A stretch of 64,000 nt of DNA from an uncultured archaeon. Lineage in GTDB: Archaea > Thermoplasmatota > Penumbrarchaeia > JASLWR01. Positions within the stretch are counted from its first letter, which is position 1, and each line of letters starts with the position of its first letter. Positions 1 through 11,500 of the stretch are shown piece by piece. Under the pieces are notes generated by a model. It was not told the origin of the DNA. It ran no database searches and was given only the letters and a program-made list of their open reading frames with translations. The position numbers and the translations under genes are program-made. The DNA lies in assembly GCA_964342815.1 (NCBI GenBank), contig CAYFHS010000010.1, positions 2,534-66,533 on the forward strand, read 5' to 3'.

Positions 1-320
1 AAATAGCCTCCTATTCCACCAACTATCAACAGTATAAAAACTATAATGCTTATGATAATCAACTTTTTTCCTTTTTTCTTCTGTCGGGTTGCTTCCCCCC
101 TCACCTTCTCCTTTTCTGGCTCGGGAGTTACCTGTGATGACAAGAACCCGATGAATAAGTCGAAAGGGACAATTTTACCCATGGATTGTAGAAATGTATT
201 ATGGATATAAAAAATATCGTTTTAAAGTTCAGTTTTTTTTGGGATTTAGATTTATTGAGAGAAATTGGTGTAGTTTCGATTAGATAATCAATATAAAGAA
301 GAGGAGGCCAGGGCCTCCAC

Positions 321-457
321 GGTCGGCGCCCGCTTCGCTCCGGGGTATCGGAGACACCCCTGCGCCCGCAGGGACGTAACCCCGACATCGAATCAGAGAT
401 TCGATTAGGGTGCAGAAGAACTCGTTCTTCAGTCACCTGCGGACAAGGCCGACCTTT
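321..457 (+). ncRNA. Putative structured non-coding RNA or REP/MITE-like palindromic element (unassigned family)
   Basis: GC-rich island in AT-rich intergenic DNA. GGTCGGC (321-327) pairs with GCCGACC (448-454). Internal hairpins are CCCTGCG/CGCAGGG, ATCGAAT/ATTCGAT and GAAGAAC/GTTCTTC. A TATA-like AATATAAA at 290-297 lies ~26 nt upstream of 321, and TTT follows the closing stem. Confidence 0.4.
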
Positions 458-486
458 AGTAATATAATGTTGTTTGATTCGTAGAC

Positions 487-516
487 GAGGCCTGCGTTTC
501 TTGCGTCGCAGGCCTC
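487..516. terminator. Perfect 10-bp inverted repeat (GAGGCCTGCG/CGCAGGCCTC) downstream of glmS
   Basis: Stem 487-496 / 507-516 with a 10-nt loop, ~37 nt past the glmS stop codon. Confidence 0.45.
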
Positions 517-552
517 TTCAAGAAATTATTGATCGACATAGTGTTTCTACGA

Positions 553-2355
553 TCACTCAACAGTAACACTCTTTGCGAGGTTCTTTGGCTTGTCTATGGA
601 GCAGTCCAGGTCCAGAGCGCAGTAATATGCCAATAGCTGAAGCAAAACCGTGATGGGTATCGGGGATAGTAATGGTTCTACTTTTGGAACTTTTAGAACA
701 TGGTTCGCATATTTCTCCATCTCCGTATCGTCCTCCGAAACAATGCATATCACCGGTGCATCCCTGGCCATGACCTCTCCGATATTCGATGACATCTTTT
801 CATACAGAAAATCATCGGGAGCAATGGCGATCACAGGTTTATCTTTGTCCAGAAGCGCCAGCGGGCCGTGTTTCAGCTCTCCCGCGGGATACCCCTCACC
901 GTGGATGTATGATATCTCCTTCAGTTTCAGAGCTCCTTCTAGAGCAATTGGATAATTAATATTCCTGCCGATGAAGAAAACAGTTGTGGCACACGATATC
1001 TCATCGGCTATTTTCCTTATTTTGTCCACGTCCCTGAGTATCTTCTCCACCGCCCGCGGCATTTTCCTCAGAGATTTGTAGAGATGGTTTGCCTGGGAAG
1101 GTGTTATGTTGCTGTTGACCTGCCCCAGCTGTATGCCCATGAGGTAAAAGACCACCAGCTGCGCTATGAAGGATTTGGTAGCTGCCACGCTGATCTCCGG
1201 TCCGGCGTTTGTGAAGACGACGTCGTTTACTTCTCGGGTAATGGAGGATCCAAGAATGTTGGTTATGGCGAGGGTGGGAAGTCCCCTGCGGACCGATTCC
1301 CTTGCTGCGGCAAGCGTATCGGCGGTTTCGCCGCTCTGGGTAATGAATATTTCCAGTGGACTGTCTCTCGTTGGCGAGAGATATCTGTATTCGGATGCTA
1401 TCTCCACCGTGCAGGGGATGCCTGTCAGATGACATATGATGTATTTTCCAACTAGTCCTGCATGATAAGATGTACCGCAGGCGATGATCTTTATGGATTC
1501 TATCTTTTCGTTCAAAATGGGTGATACGAATACTTCTCCGTTCTCCTTCATTTTGCCCAGGATGGCTTCGCGGATCGCCTGGGGCTGCTCGTATATCTCT
1601 TTCAGCATGAAATGCTCGTAACCGCCTTTCTCTGCGTCTTCCAGCGTCCAGTTTATCTTTGCGATCTCAGCCTTCAATTCTTTCCCGGAACGGTCGAAAA
1701 TATCGATTGAATCATCCCGCACCAATGCTCCCTCGCCGTCATTAAGATATATGACCCGGTTGGTATGGCCCAGCACAGCCGGAATGTCGGAAGCCACAAG
1801 ATTCTCGCCCTTACCAACGCCCAGTACAAGTGGGCTCAGGTCTCTCATCACCGCCAGTTCCCCCGGATGTTCCCTGTGCATGGCAGTTATGGCGTAAGAG
1901 CCTTTTAGTTTGCCGACCGTTTTTACAATGGCATCCTTAAGCTCACCGTCGTAATGCTCTTCCAGCAGATGGGCTATGACCTCCGTATCCGTGTCCGACA
2001 CGAATTCGTGGCCATTTTTTATAAGCTCTCTTTTCAGTTCCATATAATTTTCTATGATCCCATTGTGTACGATGGCGAAATTTCCTTTGCAGTCCGTGTG
2101 AGGATGCGCGTTTTTCTTCGATGGAGCCCCGTATGTAGCCCAGCGAGTATGACCTATGCCGATGTTCCCATGGATCTCCGGAAGACCTCCTTCAAGGTCC
2201 TTGATTCGTCCCTTGTCCTTGTATAGCTCAATATCCTCTCGGTTGATCACGGCAATGCCGGCTGAATCATATCCCCTGTATTCGAGCCTTTTCAGAGCAG
2301 GAAGAAGCACTTTTAATGCTTCTTTCGGACCTACATAACCAACTATGCCGCACAT
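553..2355 (-). CDS. glmS: Glutamine--fructose-6-phosphate transaminase (isomerizing)
   Basis: N-terminal MCGIVG, LEYRGYDSAG, GHTRWAT, QSGETADT, ELKHGPLAL and C-terminal PKNLAKSVTVE motifs. Confidence 0.98.
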   Translation of the reverse strand: MCGIVGYVGPKEALKVLLPALKRLEYRGYDSAGIAVINREDIELYKDKGRIKDLEGGLPEIHGNIGIGHTRWATYGAPSKKNAHPHTDCKGNFAIVHNGIIENYMELKRELIKNGHEFVSDTDTEVIAHLLEEHYDGELKDAIVKTVGKLKGSYAITAMHREHPGELAVMRDLSPLVLGVGKGENLVASDIPAVLGHTNRVIYLNDGEGALVRDDSIDIFDRSGKELKAEIAKINWTLEDAEKGGYEHFMLKEIYEQPQAIREAILGKMKENGEVFVSPILNEKIESIKIIACGTSYHAGLVGKYIICHLTGIPCTVEIASEYRYLSPTRDSPLEIFITQSGETADTLAAARESVRRGLPTLAITNILGSSITREVNDVVFTNAGPEISVAATKSFIAQLVVFYLMGIQLGQVNSNITPSQANHLYKSLRKMPRAVEKILRDVDKIRKIADEISCATTVFFIGRNINYPIALEGALKLKEISYIHGEGYPAGELKHGPLALLDKDKPVIAIAPDDFLYEKMSSNIGEVMARDAPVICIVSEDDTEMEKYANHVLKVPKVEPLLSPIPITVLLQLLAYYCALDLDCSIDKPKNLAKSVTVE

Positions 2356-2369
2356 GATCCGTCCTCCGT

Positions 2370-3635
2370 TTACCTTACCACCCGGGATCCATCCGGAACG
2401 TCATCTCTGACCTGGACGAACGCATCGATTGCGCAGCCGGAGCCAACAACAACCCCTCCGTCGATTACTGCCCCATGTCCCAGCACGGTATCCTCCCCCA
2501 CAATGCATCCTATACTATTGGGAAATCCCATATTCTTATTGATTCCCATGTCTATATCGGTTATCTGTGTGGAGACGTTGGGACTGCATTTGGTACCGCA
2601 GGCAAGTACCGAATTCTCTATAATACCCCCCGGAGCAACTGCCGCGTCATCCATGATAATTGAATTGCTGATCTTCGTGAAAGCATCAACGGTAACATTG
2701 TCACCAATTGACGTGGACGGGTATATACAAGCATTTGGCCCGATATCACAACCTTCGCCGATAAGCACAGGTCCCTGGACATAGCAGTTGGACCGTATAA
2801 CAGTTCCCTTTCCCACTGATACGTCACCCATAAGGAACGCCCCTTCTTCCACCACGCCTTCATTGCTGGATTTCAATCCCGTCAGGGCCTGGCTGTTCAT
2901 GAATAACAGGTCCCAGGGGTAAACTGCATCAAACCAGACATCGGTCTTTACTGCCTCAATATCTATTCCCTTGTCTATCATGTATCCAATGAGTCCGGTC
3001 ATGTTGTTCTTTTCAATACCCTGCATCTCTTCCAGATAATCGAAGATGCGGGGATCCAGCCGGCAAATACAGGTGAAGATCAGATCCGAGGACCTTCTAA
3101 TGTCCTTTTGCCACATGGAATGTGTGAGAGTATGCTGAATACCAAAATGCCTCGGGTCCTCACTGGACCGAGGGGTCACTTCGATCTTTCGAATAAAATT
3201 GTTCTGGAGAGTAACCACACCGTATTTAGAGGGAGTGTGGGACGAGGTCACAACTACCCTGTAAGGTTCCCTGCCGGGGCTGAAGAGTTCTTTAAGTGTT
3301 AGACTTTCAATATAGTTATCCCCAGGAAGAACCACGAACTCACCGGTGAGCAAGTGCTTGACCTTGCCCAGCGCATGCGCGGTCCCCAACTGCCTTTCCT
3401 GCTCGACAAAGGTCAAATTGACATCATATTCCCCGCCGTCACTAAAATAACTGAGTATCTTTTCTTTTTTGTATCCCACCACCATTATGATATCCTTTAT
3501 TCCAGCGCTGGAAAGGGCGTGGACAATATGTTCAAGGATCGGTCGGTTCGCTATTGGGATCATTCCCTTTGTCATGTTATTTGTCAAAGGGCGTATTCTC
3601 AAACCCTCTCCCGCAGTCAGTATTACAGCTTTCAC
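2370..3635 (-). CDS. glmU: Bifunctional sugar-1-phosphate nucleotidyltransferase/acetyltransferase (archaeal GlmU-like)
   Basis: KAVILTAGEGLRIRPLT nucleotidyltransferase motif, EQERQLGTAHAL, and C-terminal hexapeptide repeats. Adjacent to glmS. GTG start at 3635 preceded by AGGTGA RBS. Confidence 0.85.
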   Translation of the reverse strand: MKAVILTAGEGLRIRPLTNNMTKGMIPIANRPILEHIVHALSSAGIKDIIMVVGYKKEKILSYFSDGGEYDVNLTFVEQERQLGTAHALGKVKHLLTGEFVVLPGDNYIESLTLKELFSPGREPYRVVVTSSHTPSKYGVVTLQNNFIRKIEVTPRSSEDPRHFGIQHTLTHSMWQKDIRRSSDLIFTCICRLDPRIFDYLEEMQGIEKNNMTGLIGYMIDKGIDIEAVKTDVWFDAVYPWDLLFMNSQALTGLKSSNEGVVEEGAFLMGDVSVGKGTVIRSNCYVQGPVLIGEGCDIGPNACIYPSTSIGDNVTVDAFTKISNSIIMDDAAVAPGGIIENSVLACGTKCSPNVSTQITDIDMGINKNMGFPNSIGCIVGEDTVLGHGAVIDGGVVVGSGCAIDAFVQVRDDVPDGSRVVR

Positions 3636-3757
3636 GCGATCACCTTTCGGGTACAACGTCAGCTCCCTATTATCTGAGGATATAATATACTTTTAGGTAT
3701 TAATTTGCATCATAATTCCGGACCAAAATCATAAAACCCCCTCTTGCAATCACGAGT

Positions 3758-4390
3758 ATGATGAGCATACAGCAACTTGATGAGCTGAAGAGTTTCAATG
3801 CGGCGATATGTGTGGGATTGGAAAACTTATCGAGCCTTGATCCATCCATTGTTGCCGAAAATGCAATGGCGGAATATAATAAGGACCACGGGACTTTCAG
3901 CGTCAGCGTGTTGGGCAAGAAATTTACCCTGGATCCCCAAAAAAGAATATTGTATTATCCCTATGAAATGGACGATCATGTCATGGGAAGTATGGCAGTA
4001 TTGATACTCCATTATCTCGCCAATTCCCGGCCCGGACCTTTCCGGAACAGACTCATCTCGTACCGCGAACTTCCTAATGGCATGGTGTTCTATGGTGCCT
4101 TCAGAAATATCGCCATAGAACCTATCGCACAAACATTCGGAGATGACATTAGTGCTTTTGAAAAACGTGCCGTTGCACTTGGGGGCCGTAAAGTAGATCA
4201 CGGTGAGATGGGTTTTGAATTTCAATTCTTCCCAAGGTTAGCGGTAACAATCGTCATGTGGGCCGGTGATGATGAGATCCCTGGCTCAGCGAATATCCTT
4301 TACGACGCATCCGCTCCCGATCAAATGCATACGGAAGACCTGGCGGAGATAGGTGAGGTTATAACCCACCTGCTCGTACATTCAGGGTAG
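3758..4390 (+). CDS. DUF3786 family protein
   Basis: LILHYL, ISYRELPNGMVFYGAF, FPR..V.IVMWAGDDEIPGSANILYD and TEDLA patterns typical of DUF3786. Confidence 0.75.
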   Translation: MMSIQQLDELKSFNAAICVGLENLSSLDPSIVAENAMAEYNKDHGTFSVSVLGKKFTLDPQKRILYYPYEMDDHVMGSMAVLILHYLANSRPGPFRNRLISYRELPNGMVFYGAFRNIAIEPIAQTFGDDISAFEKRAVALGGRKVDHGEMGFEFQFFPRLAVTIVMWAGDDEIPGSANILYDASAPDQMHTEDLAEIGEVITHLLVHSG

Positions 4391-4442
4391 AATGATTCTT
4401 TTGGATAAGTTTGGCTCTCCTGGGAAACAGATCCATTTATAC

Positions 4443-4790
4443 TTAATCTTCAGCGGGAGTCTCGTCCTCTTCCCCGGGAAGTTTTACCTTCATCACATCA
4501 ATAACGATGAGCATAACCCCGAGCACTGCAAGGATTATGGCAACCGCCATGGCGATGCCTCCTCTCCTCTCGATATTTTCAGCATTATCCAGGGCATCGG
4601 AGCGTGAAGCTTCCAGTTCGGTTGCACCCGCTTCCAGCCCACCATTTTTATAATGATCGATCAGTTCATCGCTTTTTGTATTATAGGTATCTCTCGCGTC
4701 AGCTTCTTCGCCCCACGCATAAATAGCTACGCCCACACCTGCGGCGGCTACTAAACACAGAACGATTCCGGCAATTAATTTTATTCCCAT
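4443..4790 (-). CDS. Small hypothetical membrane protein (two hydrophobic segments)
   Basis: 115-aa ORF with GAGGTGA RBS and N- and C-terminal hydrophobic helices. Confidence 0.7.
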   Translation of the reverse strand: MGIKLIAGIVLCLVAAAGVGVAIYAWGEEADARDTYNTKSDELIDHYKNGGLEAGATELEASRSDALDNAENIERRGGIAMAVAIILAVLGVMLIVIDVMKVKLPGEEDETPAED

Positions 4791-5102
4791 TTTTTCACCT
4801 CTGTTGCTCCTTTTTTTTGAATTATTGTATATTAATTGTAGTTTTTGCGAATCAATTATACGAGGATGTATTTATTATCTTCGGCGAATGAATCATTCCT
4901 ATTAAATGTGATTTACATGTTGGAAATTTGTGATTTTCAAAGGTTTTCCAAAATTCCCAAATATCATTTTACTTGTATTACTTTTTGGATTTGCACTCGA
5001 AAAAGGTTGTCTCCCACTGACCATGTTTGGAAATTATCACGAAAAATAAATTATACTTTCGTAAGGTTACCTTCATCTTTACTGCATCAAGTCGGAGATA
5101 AT

Positions 5103-6551
5103 ATGGCATTAAAAGTGTACAATACATCCAGTAGAGAGATGGAGGTATTCGAACCCCTTCAGAAAGGAAAGATCGGTATGTACGTATGCGGACCTACCAC
5201 TTATGATCTAAGTCACATGGGTCATGCGAGAGCATACGTGGCATTCGATGTGATCCGCCGTTACTTGGAAAATATCGGATACGACGTTACTTACGTACAG
5301 AATTTCACCGATGTCGATGATAAGATTATCGCTCGCTCGAAAGAGAGAGGTATACCGCCACTGGAATTTGCCCAGCTATATGTGGACGAGTACTTTAAGG
5401 ACATGGATATGCTGGGAATAATGAGAGCGACCCACCATCCGTATGCATCGAAGACGATAGATGATATGATTGCACTGGTAAAAGGTCTAATTGAAAAAGG
5501 GTTTGCTTACAACGTAAAAGGAAATGTGTATTTTTCGATCTACAAGGCTCTCGACAAGGTGGGGCAGCTGACACACCAGTCCCTGGATGAAATGCTGGAC
5601 GGAGCCCGGGTCGAGATAAATCCCGAGAAGGACCATCCCAAGGATTTCGCACTCTGGAAGAGAGCCAAGGAAGGTGAGATTTCCTGGGACTCTCCCTGGG
5701 GACCCGGACGTCCCGGTTGGCATATCGAATGTTCCACCATGTCCATGAAATTTATCGGGGAAACGCTGGATATCCACGGGGGCGGACAGGATCTTATTTT
5801 CCCACATCACGAGAGCGAGATATTGCAGTCGGAATGCTTCACCGGCAAGAAGTTCTGCAGGTACTGGCTGCATAACGGATTCGTGAGGATCGACAATGAG
5901 AAGATGTCAAAGTCTCTCGGGAACTTCTTTACCATCCGCGAGGTTTTGAAAAAATATTCTCCGGCCGTGGTTAGGTTCTTCTTTCTATATACTCATTATC
6001 GGCAGCCCATCGATTACAGCGGGGAACATCTTGAGGAAGCCAAGCGGAGCCTGGAGAGGATTCAAACAGCTATCATTAACGTAGAGAGATATCTGAACCC
6101 GGAAATCGGTGGCGGTGAGGCCCCCAACTCAGAATCGAATATAGTTCGGGAAGCGAAAAAGGCAAGGGATAAATTCAGAGAGTCCATGGATGAAGACTTC
6201 AATACCCGACGTGCCATAGCCGCCATTTTCGAGCTGACCCGCGAGATCAACCGAGCGGTTTTGGAAAGGATCAATAAAGGCTCTATCCGATCGGCATTTA
6301 TTATATACTGCGACATGCTTGGTATTTTAGGATTGTCCATCGAGATGATTAAGAACTCTCAATCACTTGGTGCTGCAGACGAAGAGTCTACTCTCGAGAC
6401 CGGCCTTATCGAATTGTTGATCGAGCTACGTAAAGAACTTAGGAAGGAAAAACAATGGGCTCTCTCCGATACCATAAGAGACAAGCTGAAAGAAATGGGT
6501 GTGATTCTCGAAGATACCAATAACGGGACAGTTTTCAAGAGAATCCGATAA
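5103..6551 (+). CDS. cysS: Cysteine--tRNA ligase
   Basis: MYVCGPT, HMGH (HIGH), DFALWK, GRPGWHIECS, DIHGGG.DL.FPHHE and KMSKS motifs. Likely start MALKVYNT at 5103 after GGAG. Confidence 0.98.
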   Translation: MALKVYNTSSREMEVFEPLQKGKIGMYVCGPTTYDLSHMGHARAYVAFDVIRRYLENIGYDVTYVQNFTDVDDKIIARSKERGIPPLEFAQLYVDEYFKDMDMLGIMRATHHPYASKTIDDMIALVKGLIEKGFAYNVKGNVYFSIYKALDKVGQLTHQSLDEMLDGARVEINPEKDHPKDFALWKRAKEGEISWDSPWGPGRPGWHIECSTMSMKFIGETLDIHGGGQDLIFPHHESEILQSECFTGKKFCRYWLHNGFVRIDNEKMSKSLGNFFTIREVLKKYSPAVVRFFFLYTHYRQPIDYSGEHLEEAKRSLERIQTAIINVERYLNPEIGGGEAPNSESNIVREAKKARDKFRESMDEDFNTRRAIAAIFELTREINRAVLERINKGSIRSAFIIYCDMLGILGLSIEMIKNSQSLGAADEESTLETGLIELLIELRKELRKEKQWALSDTIRDKLKEMGVILEDTNNGTVFKRIR

Positions 6552-6602
6552 AAGCGGATTTTCATAAAAAGATTGATTAATCGTTATTGTAATTTCCTTG
6601 TT

Positions 6603-8444
6603 ATGAGTGTCCCCGCTCGCAGGTATTTTAGACAAGACCATAAGTATAATACCACATCTGTCCTTTCCCTTGTAACCGTTATAGTCACATTAATCCTACT
6701 CGTTCTCCCCACGATCATCTTACACGAAAGCGTACTGCCGGCCAGAGGCCAGGAAACGGAAGATGTCTGTTTATTTGAAAAGAACGGCTTTACTTACCTA
6801 CATCTCGAAGGTGATCCTTACACTATTGGTTACGATCACGGCAAATACCTTGCCAGCAAGGTCACGCGCTCCATGTCTGCCTATGCTCATCTTACGGAGG
6901 ACCGCTACGGGTATACCTGGGACCAGTGCCGCTTGCAAGCGGTTAATTTCTGGTATTTTGTCCCCGAGGAGCAACGAACGGAGATAGAAGGCATCGCAGA
7001 AGGAGCCGCTTCCCAGGGTGTTAACAATCCTCTTGGAGCCAGGGTCGACTGGTTGGACATACTTGTTCTGAACTCAATGTGGGATCTTTGGTGGCGGGCG
7101 GGTGCTGTGGGTGCACGCCTAGATTTGCCTTTGAGCACCGGTACGGAAGCGGAAAATGAGGGTACGGAATTTCCGTTTGACGGTAATATTCATCATTGTT
7201 CTGCCTTCGTTGCAACCGGAAGCGCTACCAAGGATGGTAAATTCGTCATCGGTCAAACGCTGTGGATGCCCTTCTATCTTTCACCGGCCCATGCCGTGTT
7301 CGTGGATATTGTCCCGGACAAGGGAAATCGAATAATGATGGAGGTCACAGCGGGAATGATCTGGAGTGGTACCGAGTGGTACATGAACGATGCGGGACTG
7401 GTGATCGGCGAGACCACCCTGGGCGCGGGACCATATAACTGGGGGAACGTTCCTTCCTTCATTCGGTTGCGCAGGGCTGCCCAGTACGCAAACAGCATCG
7501 ACGATTTCAAGGATATAATGCTTACCGATACGAACGGAGCCTACTGCGGGGATTATCTTCTGGCGGATACCAAGACCAATGAGGTGGCCATTCTGGAGTT
7601 GGGTGCGAACGAATGGGAGTTAGCCCGGACGAAAGACGGTTTCCTGGGTTCGTGCAACTATCCCTGGGACCCCGAGGTCGCTGCGGAAATGAATGCGATA
7701 CAGGGGTGGGATCACGGATCTTATCCGAGATATGTTAGGCTCGAACAACTCTACGAAGAGCATAATGGTAATATAACAATCGAGAATGGTATGGAGATAC
7801 TTAGTGATCATTACGATACCGTGGAGGAAAAGAATAGCCCCAGTAGTTACACTCTATGCGGTCATGTGGAGAATGCATCGGGATATCCGTGGGGTTCGCT
7901 GGATGGTAAAATAACGAATCAAACATTGGCCTCAAGGTTCGAGTGTTGGGCCAGATTCGGACACACATGCGGACAGGCTTTTCTGGTCAGCGATCTGGAG
8001 GAAGAGCACCCCGAATACGCTTTCGATGATCTTGTCGACATAATACCTGAACCGTGGTGCACCTTCGGACCCGTGGAAGAGGTGAAGATAACTGTAAAGG
8101 ACAAGGGTGGGAACGTTATCACCGGTGCAGAAGTCTCAATAATATCAACTGAAGATGGCGCAGCGCAAAATGGTATCACCGATGGGAACGGTGAACTGGT
8201 TCTTCCATATGTCATGCACAGCCGTTACGATATCAAAGCAACTTCGGGTAAGCTTATTGGAGCCGAACGATTAGTGGTCCAAGAGGATTCGGAGCTGACC
8301 GTGGTAGTATCTATCCCGGAGAAGGAGGGGAGCGGTTTATTCAGTGGGACCGGCGGCCTTTTGATGATACTAATACCTCTTATCCTTATAGGAGTGGCTG
8401 TATTTGTCGTTATGAAACGGAGGAAGGGTACCGTTGCAAAATAA
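6603..8444 (+). CDS. Membrane-anchored Ntn-hydrolase (peptidase C45/phospholipase B-like) with C-terminal carboxypeptidase-regulatory-like domain
   Basis: N-terminal hydrophobic signal, HLEGDPYTIGYDHG, HCSAFVATG (Cys nucleophile at the autoproteolysis site), MNDAGLVIGETT, and C-terminal TM followed by KRRK. Start codon uncertain. Confidence 0.75.
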   Translation: MSVPARRYFRQDHKYNTTSVLSLVTVIVTLILLVLPTIILHESVLPARGQETEDVCLFEKNGFTYLHLEGDPYTIGYDHGKYLASKVTRSMSAYAHLTEDRYGYTWDQCRLQAVNFWYFVPEEQRTEIEGIAEGAASQGVNNPLGARVDWLDILVLNSMWDLWWRAGAVGARLDLPLSTGTEAENEGTEFPFDGNIHHCSAFVATGSATKDGKFVIGQTLWMPFYLSPAHAVFVDIVPDKGNRIMMEVTAGMIWSGTEWYMNDAGLVIGETTLGAGPYNWGNVPSFIRLRRAAQYANSIDDFKDIMLTDTNGAYCGDYLLADTKTNEVAILELGANEWELARTKDGFLGSCNYPWDPEVAAEMNAIQGWDHGSYPRYVRLEQLYEEHNGNITIENGMEILSDHYDTVEEKNSPSSYTLCGHVENASGYPWGSLDGKITNQTLASRFECWARFGHTCGQAFLVSDLEEEHPEYAFDDLVDIIPEPWCTFGPVEEVKITVKDKGGNVITGAEVSIISTEDGAAQNGITDGNGELVLPYVMHSRYDIKATSGKLIGAERLVVQEDSELTVVVSIPEKEGSGLFSGTGGLLMILIPLILIGVAVFVVMKRRKGTVAK

Positions 8445-8544
8445 TGGAATGGCGTTTCCCAGGATCCCGTCTGCCTTTTTATCCGTACCAAAATTATAAT
8501 TATTCCCTGTGAAATAGTGTTTATATCATGATCGGTGGCAAGTA

Positions 8545-11500
8545 ATGGAAACAAAATCGGAAAATGGAAGTGTCGAGGGGCCGGCATGCAGTCCGGAAAT
8601 GAAAAGTTATTTTTCACAAATGCATCATCACTGCATGGCATGTTATTCTGTGGCCAGGGAGGCCAGGGCCAAAGGATTCGATCCGGAGATAGACGTGGAG
8701 ATTCCGCCGGCGGAAGATCTTGCGTCAAGGGTTGAAAACCTCGTTGGCCCAGTAGGAATTGCAGAAAAGATAAGAGAGATGACGCGAAAACAGTCGAGCC
8801 GAGAAATGGTGGCCATCCTTATTGCCAAGCATATTGTGAAAACAGGTGAGTTCAGAACCAAGGATGAGGCCATGGACCAGGCCGTGAGGACAGGTCTTGC
8901 CATTATCACAGAAGGAGTCCTGGTGGCTCCTCTGGAAGGAGTGAGCGAGGTATCCATTCGACAGAATGATGATGGTTCGGACTACCTCAAGATCGGGTTT
9001 GCAGGTCCAATTCGCTCAGCCGGTGGAACGGGACAGGCGGTGGGTGTATTGATCGCGGATGTGGTTCGCCGTGAAATGGGAATCGGCAGGTTCAAGGTCA
9101 GGAAAAATGAGATCGAAAGATACAAAGAAGAATTCCATCTCCGTAAAGCCTCTCAATACAAACCCAAGGACGAGGAGATCGAGAATATAGTGAAGAACTG
9201 CGCCATATGCCTCGACGGGGACGGGACCGAGAAAAAGGAGGTTTCGGGATACCGGAACCTGGAACGGGTTCAGACCAATCAGGTTCGGGGAGGCCTGTGC
9301 CTTGTAATGGCAGAGGGATTGTGCCAGAAAGCAAAAAAGATAAAGAAACTTGTGGACGCTCTTGGCATTGAGGGTTGGGATTTCATATCAAAATTGATCA
9401 AAAAGGAAAAGAAGGTGGAAAAAAAGGGACCTGCCACAATTTTCGATTACACACCGATCCCCAAGACGAAATATCTGAGAGACGTCATAGCTGGTCGTCC
9501 TGTACTTTCGCTGCCAAGTGCCATCGGAGGTTTTCGGCTCAGGTACGGTAGGGGACGGACTTGCGGCCTTGCGGCAATTGCTATCCATCCTGCATCCATG
9601 TTAGTTGCAGGAGAGTTCCTTGCCGTGGGGACCCAGGTGAAAATTGAATTCCCCGGAAAAGCTGGAGCGATCACACCCTGCGATTCCATAGAAGGCCCTA
9701 TGGTCGAGCTCCATAACGGCTCCCTGCTGCAGGTTAATTCGGTCGATAAGGCAAAAGAACTTAAGAAAAAGATCTCGCGCATTATCGACCTGGGTGAAGT
9801 TTTGATCCCATTTGGCGAGTTTTCCGAGAACAATCATATGCTAATGCCTCCCTCATTTGCCAAGGAGTGGTGGCAGCAGCTTCTCGAAGAAAAGTTAATG
9901 GATACGGGCATTGAAGCGGAAGATACTCGTGATATTTCCGGTAGATTGCTGGATACGAATTTTTCAAATTCATATTTTCTCTCGGCTCATTTTGGTATTC
10001 CGCTTAATCCAGCGTTCAACCTTTTCTATCATGACATTACCCCGGAAACGCTGCATTTTCTGGGTAGTTACATTTCGGAAAGGGGCAAGATCACCGGTGG
10101 CTCCGATTTGACACCCCCCGGTTCAGCAGACCTGCCGGAACTTGGAAGAATGGCACGCGAAACCAAGGAAAACCACCGGCTGGAGCTGATGATGAATGGA
10201 GGTGACGAAAGTTGCGCAGCAAAGGAGTTATTATGCGTTCTCGGTGCTCTCCATGAACAAAATGAAGATACGGTCATACTAGATAAATACGGTGAAGCGC
10301 TTGTAAAATGCCTGGGATTGATCATTGGCGAAAAGGGTGAAATATCCAAACCCCCGTCTTGGGAATCCGTATTTTCCGATTATGGAGTAAAGATAGATGA
10401 TGAGAATATTGTCCGTAAGTGGAGCGCGAAAAAGGAATTAAAGTATGAGGATGAGGCTCATTACGTGAAGGTTAACGATAACAAGTATTGGGGCGCTACA
10501 CTGAAACTCATCAGGGGATTGTCCGGTATTGACATATATCCTCGGGCACCCACCCGTGTTGGGGCAAGAATGGCACGTCCTGAGAAGGCCAATGAGAGAA
10601 AGATGAAACCGGCTGTTCATTGCCTTTTTCCGCTGGGAGCGGCCGGTACCGACAGACGGTCCTTGAAGAAGGCAAACGAGGTACGCCGTTTCACAGCGGA
10701 AGTCGGTCGTAGATCCTGCTCCAAATGCGGTAAGTACACCTTCAAGTATGTATGCCCGGTCTGTAATAACCATACAGTACACAAAGGGGAGGTGGTGATA
10801 GAAAAAAAGATACTGGATTTCTACACCATTTACGGCGAAGCGAGGAAGAACCTCGGTATGGGCGCGGCACCGGAAGCCAAGGGTGTAAAGGGGCTCATGA
10901 GCAAGTTTAAAACTCCGGAACCCCTGGAGAAGGGTTTGCTTCGGGCAAAGAACGAGGTTTTTGTGTTCAAGGACGGTACAATACGTTTTGATATGACCGA
11001 TGTTCCACTTACCCATTTCCGACCGCGGGAGATCCACACACCCGTTGAAAAGCTGCGGAAGCTGGGATACACACTCGATATAGAGGGGAGGGAACTGGAG
11101 AATGACCATCAGCTGCTGGAACTTAAGGTACAGGATATTCTATGCTCCCGAAGAGGTATGGATTATTTCTTCAGGGCAACGCATTTCATAGACGAGCTGT
11201 TGGTGAGGTTCTACAAACAGCCGGCATTTTACAATCTCGAGGTGGCTGCTGATCTGGTAGGACATCTGGTTGTGGGTCTTGCGCCTCACACATCGGGGGG
11301 AGTACTGGGTAGAATAATCGGCTACGGCGACGCAAGGGTGGGCTACGCCCATCCATTCTATCACGCAGCAAAAAGGCGCAACTGTGACGGTGATGAAGAT
11401 TGTCTCATGCTTCTTCTTGACGGCCTTTTGAATTTTTCCAAATCATATCTTCCCGGGACCATTGGGGGCCAGATGGACGCCCCGCTTGTTCTCTCCACCA

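Noticed and set aside
300-520. glmS ribozyme or riboswitch near glmS
   Set aside because: The element is downstream of glmS, not in its leader, and lacks the AGCGCC core. The GACGAGG match is part of an unrelated hairpin.
4845-5102. 86-aa N-terminal extension of CysRS in the ORF track
   Set aside because: AT-rich promoter-like DNA from a TTG. Homology begins at MALKVYNT, which has its own RBS.
11360-11410. Intein in DP2
   Set aside because: The usual insertion site HAAKRRN/CDGDED is contiguous and the protein length is normal.
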